Of a stretch of 36,036 nt of DNA, positions 34,599-36,036 are shown piece by piece. Numbering within the stretch: the first letter of the stretch is position 1; each line of letters starts with the position of its first letter. The notes below the pieces were generated by a model. The model ran no database searches. It was given only the letters and a program-made list of their open reading frames with translations, and was not told the DNA's origin. The position numbers and the translations under genes are program-made. This stretch comes from a virus (taxonomy: Duplodnaviria; Caudoviricetes), in the IMG/VR virus record IMGVR_UViG_3300046709_000081, positions 1 to 36,036 of that record; one strand, given 5' to 3'.

Positions 34599-34671
34599 CG
34601 CGGCCATGCTGATACTGGTGGGGCTCGCCGTCTTCGCGGTCGTGTTCAACATCCTCGACGCATGGTTCTAG
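34567..34671 (+). CDS. Single-TM micropeptide (34 aa)
   Basis: MTSRAKSLAVDAAMLILVGLAVFAVVFNILDAWF. Confidence 0.4.
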   Translation: MTSRAKSLAVDAAMLILVGLAVFAVVFNILDAWF

Positions 34672-36036
34672 ACATCAAACACCTATTTCTTTACCTGTTG
34701 CTCGCCGGTTCCGCCCTGGGCCAGACCGTCACCGATCCCGGTTTCGAGATACCCGCCCAGGGCTACGCGAAATTCAAGTACCAGCCCACCGGCTCGGCCT
34801 GGACGTTCAGCCAGAACGGGGGCCTGTCGGGCAACGCTTCCGGCTTCACGCAGGGTAATCCGGTCGCACCCCAGGGCCAGCAGGTCGCGTTTCTCCAGGC
34901 CAACGGAGCGGCCTCTCAGACCGTCAACTTCCCCGAGGCTGGTTCGTTCATCGTCACCGTCCAGGCCGCTCAGCGGAACTACCCGCAGCCTTATGGCATC
35001 CAGACGTTCGCCGTCACCCTCGACGGTCAGGACGCGGCCACGATCACGCCGGCCGGCATCACGTATCAGACCTATTACGCGCTGCTGCCCCCGCTGGCGG
35101 CCGGCGACCATGTGCTCGCTCTCAGGGGGCTTACCAGCAGCGGCAACAACACGGTTTTCGTGGATGCGGTCAATATCCTGTCCCGCCTCACGACCCCCGT
35201 CACCGTCAATGATGCCTGGATCGGCTCCTCCGGCAAGACGCTCGGCTTTCACTTCTCGGCCGGCACACCCAGCCAGCTCATTGCCACGCCGAGCCTCTAC
35301 GTCAACGGACTCGCCACCGCGCCGCTCGGTCTGCCCGCCCAGCTCGCCGGCAACGAGGTGCTGCTCTTCGCGCTGCCGGCCGGAGTCATGGTCAAGCCCG
35401 GCGATGTGGCCACCGTCAGCACGCCGCCGATCTGGCAAAACACCACGGCCGGGCTCGCCGCTCCGGTGACTGGCCTGGCGGTCGCCAACCGCGTCGGCCG
35501 GTCGCCGCTGCCCCCGTCCGCGCTGGCGGCAAAAACCTTCCGGCCGGGCATGAACTGCAATGACTGGCCGGTAGGATCATGGGGCAATTACTATCCGCTC
35601 AAGAACTGGGCCTACAAGTGCACCTGGCCACCCGGCGACATGGGCAAGATCCGGGGCACCGTCACGCTGCGGGTCTATTCCAACGCCGGCTCCAATGGCG
35701 TGGACAGCACCGGCTACCCAGGGCCTGCCGGGCTCTGGATGGTGTACTGGAAGAGCGCGGCCGGTCCCCAGGGCCAGCCGCCCGCCAGCTTCGCGATGAC
35801 GACCATTGACCCCGCGAGCACGACCGTAACCGAGCGGCCCGACCTGAATAACCCCGCCGCGCCGGGCGGATATCAGGCCCGTGTGTTTGACTTCCAGCGG
35901 TCTCCCTCGAGCACGACGGCCAACATCGACGTGGCGCTGGCTGTCAGCGATCCCTCGCAAACGGGCAACTACGTCGATCTCTGGGTCGTGGGGCCGGGCG
36001 ATTTCGAGGCGGCTGCGGGTCTGCCGGTCACGTTCG
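34662..36036 (+). CDS. Secreted beta-sandwich/carbohydrate-binding-like protein, truncated by the window end
   Basis: Not in the ORF track; ATG 34662, signal peptide (HLFLYLLLAGSALG), then DPGFE...PTGSAWTF...SGFT.GNP.AP.G.QVAFLQ; frame appears open to the end. Confidence 0.75.
   Translation, partial: MVLDIKHLFLYLLLAGSALGQTVTDPGFEIPAQGYAKFKYQPTGSAWTFSQNGGLSGNASGFTQGNPVAPQGQQVAFLQANGAASQTVNFPEAGSFIVTVQAAQRNYPQPYGIQTFAVTLDGQDAATITPAGITYQTYYALLPPLAAGDHVLALRGLTSSGNNTVFVDAVNILSRLTTPVTVNDAWIGSSGKTLGFHFSAGTPSQLIATPSLYVNGLATAPLGLPAQLAGNEVLLFALPAGVMVKPGDVATVSTPPIWQNTTAGLAAPVTGLAVANRVGRSPLPPSALAAKTFRPGMNCNDWPVGSWGNYYPLKNWAYKCTWPPGDMGKIRGTVTLRVYSNAGSNGVDSTGYPGPAGLWMVYWKSAAGPQGQPPASFAMTTIDPASTTVTERPDLNNPAAPGGYQARVFDFQRSPSSTTANIDVALAVSDPSQTGNYVDLWVVGPGDFEAAAGLPVTF

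Noticed and set aside
1-36036. tRNA, rRNA or integrase genes
   Set aside because: None recognised by eye; a tRNAscan-SE or HMM run would be needed to exclude them formally

Overview
The window is most of the genome of a GC-rich, HK97-like siphophage. The host is probably a planctomycete, inferred from the accessory protein types. It opens at a cos-like sequence. The + strand then carries a ParB-like gene, TerS, TerL, portal, prohead protease, major capsid, neck genes, two large fibre/glycan-binding genes inside the neck block, tail terminator, tail tube, a chaperone with a -1 frameshift, a short tape measure protein and Cys-rich tail-tip genes (to about 19.8 kb). A - strand early arm (about 22-30.6 kb) encodes VRR-NUC, HNH and PD-(D/E)XK nucleases, an AEP primase-helicase followed by iterons, and an SSB-like protein. 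After a divergent switch of ribbon-helix-helix-like (RHH) regulators comes a + strand block with an exported trypsin-like protease, an N4/N6 DNA methyltransferase and a secreted protein cut off by the window end. No integrase, CI-type repressor or endolysin was recognised. Most notable non-coding features: (1) two ORF-less IS200/IS605-derived elements that share a promoter block, appear to express structured omegaRNA-like RNAs, and have 3' flanks that nearly match nearby sites in the phage; (2) four similar-sized small ORFs separated by a conserved ~64-bp stop-hairpin-RBS-ATG repeat; (3) a 28-bp XerCD dif-like site; (4) a solitary type I-C-like CRISPR repeat; (5) a family of repeated leftward promoters driving small orphan genes. 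All calls come from reading the sequence by eye, with no database searches.
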